Shown: one piece after another, positions 61,561 to 64,000 of the stretch | How positions within the stretch are numbered: the stretch's first letter is position 1 | How the letters are laid out: each line of letters starts with the position of its first letter | Assembly (NCBI RefSeq): GCF_001194135.2 | Contig: NC_068997.1 | Location: forward strand, 14,081,481 to 14,145,480 | Direction: 5' to 3' | Length of the DNA stretch: 64,000 nucleotides | Source of the DNA: Octopus bimaculoides | Lineage: Eukaryota | Translations under genes and position numbers: made by a program | Notes under the pieces: model-generated | The model's database searches: none | Seen by the model: only the letters and a program-made list of their open reading frames with translations | Told to the model about the DNA's origin: nothing

Positions 61561-62041
61561 GTCATCACTATTGAAGTCATTATCATCTTATTATCATTGT
61601 TAGTATTCAAATTTTAGGCCTTGTGCTTACGCTAGAAATCAACATTATCATTATGATCACCGATATTATTGATACTACTATTACTGGTATTACTATTATT
61701 ATTAGTGCTGGTATTAGCAGTAGTAGTAGCAGCAGCGTTTATGATAGTATTGGTGGTGGTTGTGTTTGTGATGGTTTGTTTGGAGGTGTGAGAGGGTTGT
61801 AGTGGTGGCGATGATAATAGCTTTTGACAAGATAGTCACAGCCTGTTGATGTCAGCTCCAACATCATCAGAATATAAATGGAATATCTCATAGAATGAAC
61901 CCGTCATAATCATTGTCGGCAACATCATCATCACCAGCAACAGCAGCAGTAGCATTGTCTTCATCATCATCATCATTGTCATTATCATTCTTATCAGTAC
62001 TATAGACAAGAAGGTAAGTGCAAATCCGTAATATCTAAAGT

Positions 62042-62212
62042 CTATATATATATATATATATATGTGCGCGTGTGTGTGTATATATATATATATATGTGTG
62101 TGTGTATATATATATGTGTGTGTGTGTATATATATATGTGTGTGTGTATATATATATATATATGTGCGTCTGTGTGTGTATATATATATGTGTGTGTGTG
62201 TGTATATATATA

Positions 62213-62253
<41 letters not shown>

Positions 62254-62280
62254 CTATATGTGTGTGTGTGTGTATCTATA
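62042..62280. repeat. Alternating (AT)n(GT)n higher-order microsatellite
   Basis: Blocks of (ta)4-8 alternate with (tg)4-7. Confidence 0.9.
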
Positions 62281-62461
62281 CGTCTATGTCTATATGAGTG
62301 TGTGTATGTTTGTGCCTAGTTATCCTTGCCAGCACCAAGCATCATCACCATCATAACATTATCATTGTTACTACAGCAGACAAGCAATGTCGAAACCTGT
62401 ATTATTCCATTTTCATATTTCTTTCATATCAATATATCCTATATGTGTATGTGTGATGGTG

Positions 62462-62505
<44 letters not shown>

Positions 62506-62517
62506 TGATGGCGTGTA

Positions 62518-62568
<51 letters not shown>

Positions 62569-62944
62569 ATGCACTTTTTTTTATTCATATCGTTGTTGTT
62601 GATTTTTTTTCTTTTGTTTATTTTTGTTTCTGAAAACCATTTATAGAACAGACATTAGCAAGTTGCTTTTGGAAAGTTATTCTGATTATATACGATCATT
62701 TGTGACAAGATTTTTCACCCATTTTAAATGATGATGATGACGACGACGACGACAATGATGGTGGTTGGTGGTAGTGTTGGCGATGGTGGCAGCAGTGGTG
62801 GTGGTGATGATGGCAATAACGGTCATGATGACAATGATGATGATGATGATGATGATGATGATAATGTTGGTTATGATGAAAAAATATGAGGCTGGTGATG
62901 AGGCTAGAGGAAGATGAGGATGACAATGTGTGTTGGGAGTGGTT

Positions 62945-62991
<47 letters not shown>

Positions 62992-63128
62992 CAATGGCAA
63001 GTGTGATAGCGAAGTAGATGCAGAAAATAAAAATGGTTTTTGTTTTTCACGTTTTTCATATCCAACTACAACAACAACAACAACATCAGCAACAACAGAT
63101 GGAATATTCTGTCTATTGCATGAAATAA

Positions 63129-63182
<54 letters not shown>

Positions 63183-63431
63183 AAATAAGAAAATAATACT
63201 AACACTACAAATATAATAAGAATAATAAAATGATAAAATTATCGATGGTAATAATAATAATAACAATAATAATAATAATAATAACAACAAAAACAACAAC
63301 AATAATAATACCATATGACATGAATATAAAACAAAGACATACATTAGCAAGAGTCAAAATATCAAAAATATAGATAAAACGCCATCAATAAGACAAAGCA
63401 AAAAAAAAATATAACAACAAAAATAACAAAA

Positions 63432-63468
<37 letters not shown>

Positions 63469-63768
63469 CATTTGAAACTAGTCTGGTCTAAAGCACTTTT
63501 CCGTTTCCTCCTCTCTTTTTTTATGTACTCCAAATTACTCTCCGCCGTTTCAACTCCACATCACTTGATGGTTAACTCAACTTGCTGACATTGGGATTTA
63601 TAAATAGAATGATTTTTATCTACTTATATAATCTATAGAATAGAGATGACTGCAACAGCTGATGAATGACCAACATGAAAGTGTTAAGATCTTGCAAATG
63701 AGAAAGCATAACATGTTTAGGTATATATGAAAAGGTATCTATCTATGTCTGTCTGTCTATTTATCTAT

Positions 63769-63836
<68 letters not shown>

Positions 63837-63961
63837 TTAGCTATGTATATATACATGGCAGTGACATTGGGTTTTCTATATAATGATTATTCATGCATAT
63901 ATATATATATATATATGTAAATATATATATATATACGTGTGTGTATGTGTGTATATATTTA

Positions 63962-64000
<39 letters not shown>

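Noticed and set aside
1537-62602. Long ORFs rich in YI/HT/CV/LS repeats or X runs (e.g. 25139-26293, 28563-30383, 60906-61574)
   Set aside because: They are translations of (AT)n, (CA)n, (GA)n, (ATT)n and N-runs. The only real signal inside them is the RTE RT fragment at 28815-29025.

Overview
AT-rich, microsatellite-saturated animal genomic scaffold segment with 16 N-gaps. It is most likely octopus/cephalopod; this is an inference from the SINE repertoire and the (AT)n/(CA)n/(GAT)n density, not a database result. I find no intact protein-coding gene, rRNA, true tRNA or CRISPR array, and almost all long ORFs in the track are read-throughs of microsatellites and N-runs. The window is intronic or intergenic and built from transposon debris. 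DNA-transposon remains include a Tigger/pogo fossil, a DD37D (maT-type) Tc1/mariner fossil, and mariner, hAT and piggyBac-like MITEs. LINE remains include RTE, R4-like and CR1/L2-like fragments. There are many RTE 3-prime ends with (GAT)n tails (my label: family A) and several tRNA-derived SINE families (my labels B, C, D, E). The most notable signal is at least five unrelated short sequence families that each carry a minimal type I hammerhead ribozyme (HHR) motif with a palindromic stem III, the form known from Penelope-like elements and retrozymes. One sits downstream of a tRNA-like Pol III head, one is a U3-A8 core variant inside a 700-bp foldback, and one has an A6U core. The RTE 3-prime UTR also carries tandem ~67-bp units that each fit a hairpin plus H-type pseudoknot. 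All ribozyme and structure calls come from manual motif and pairing inspection and are untested.
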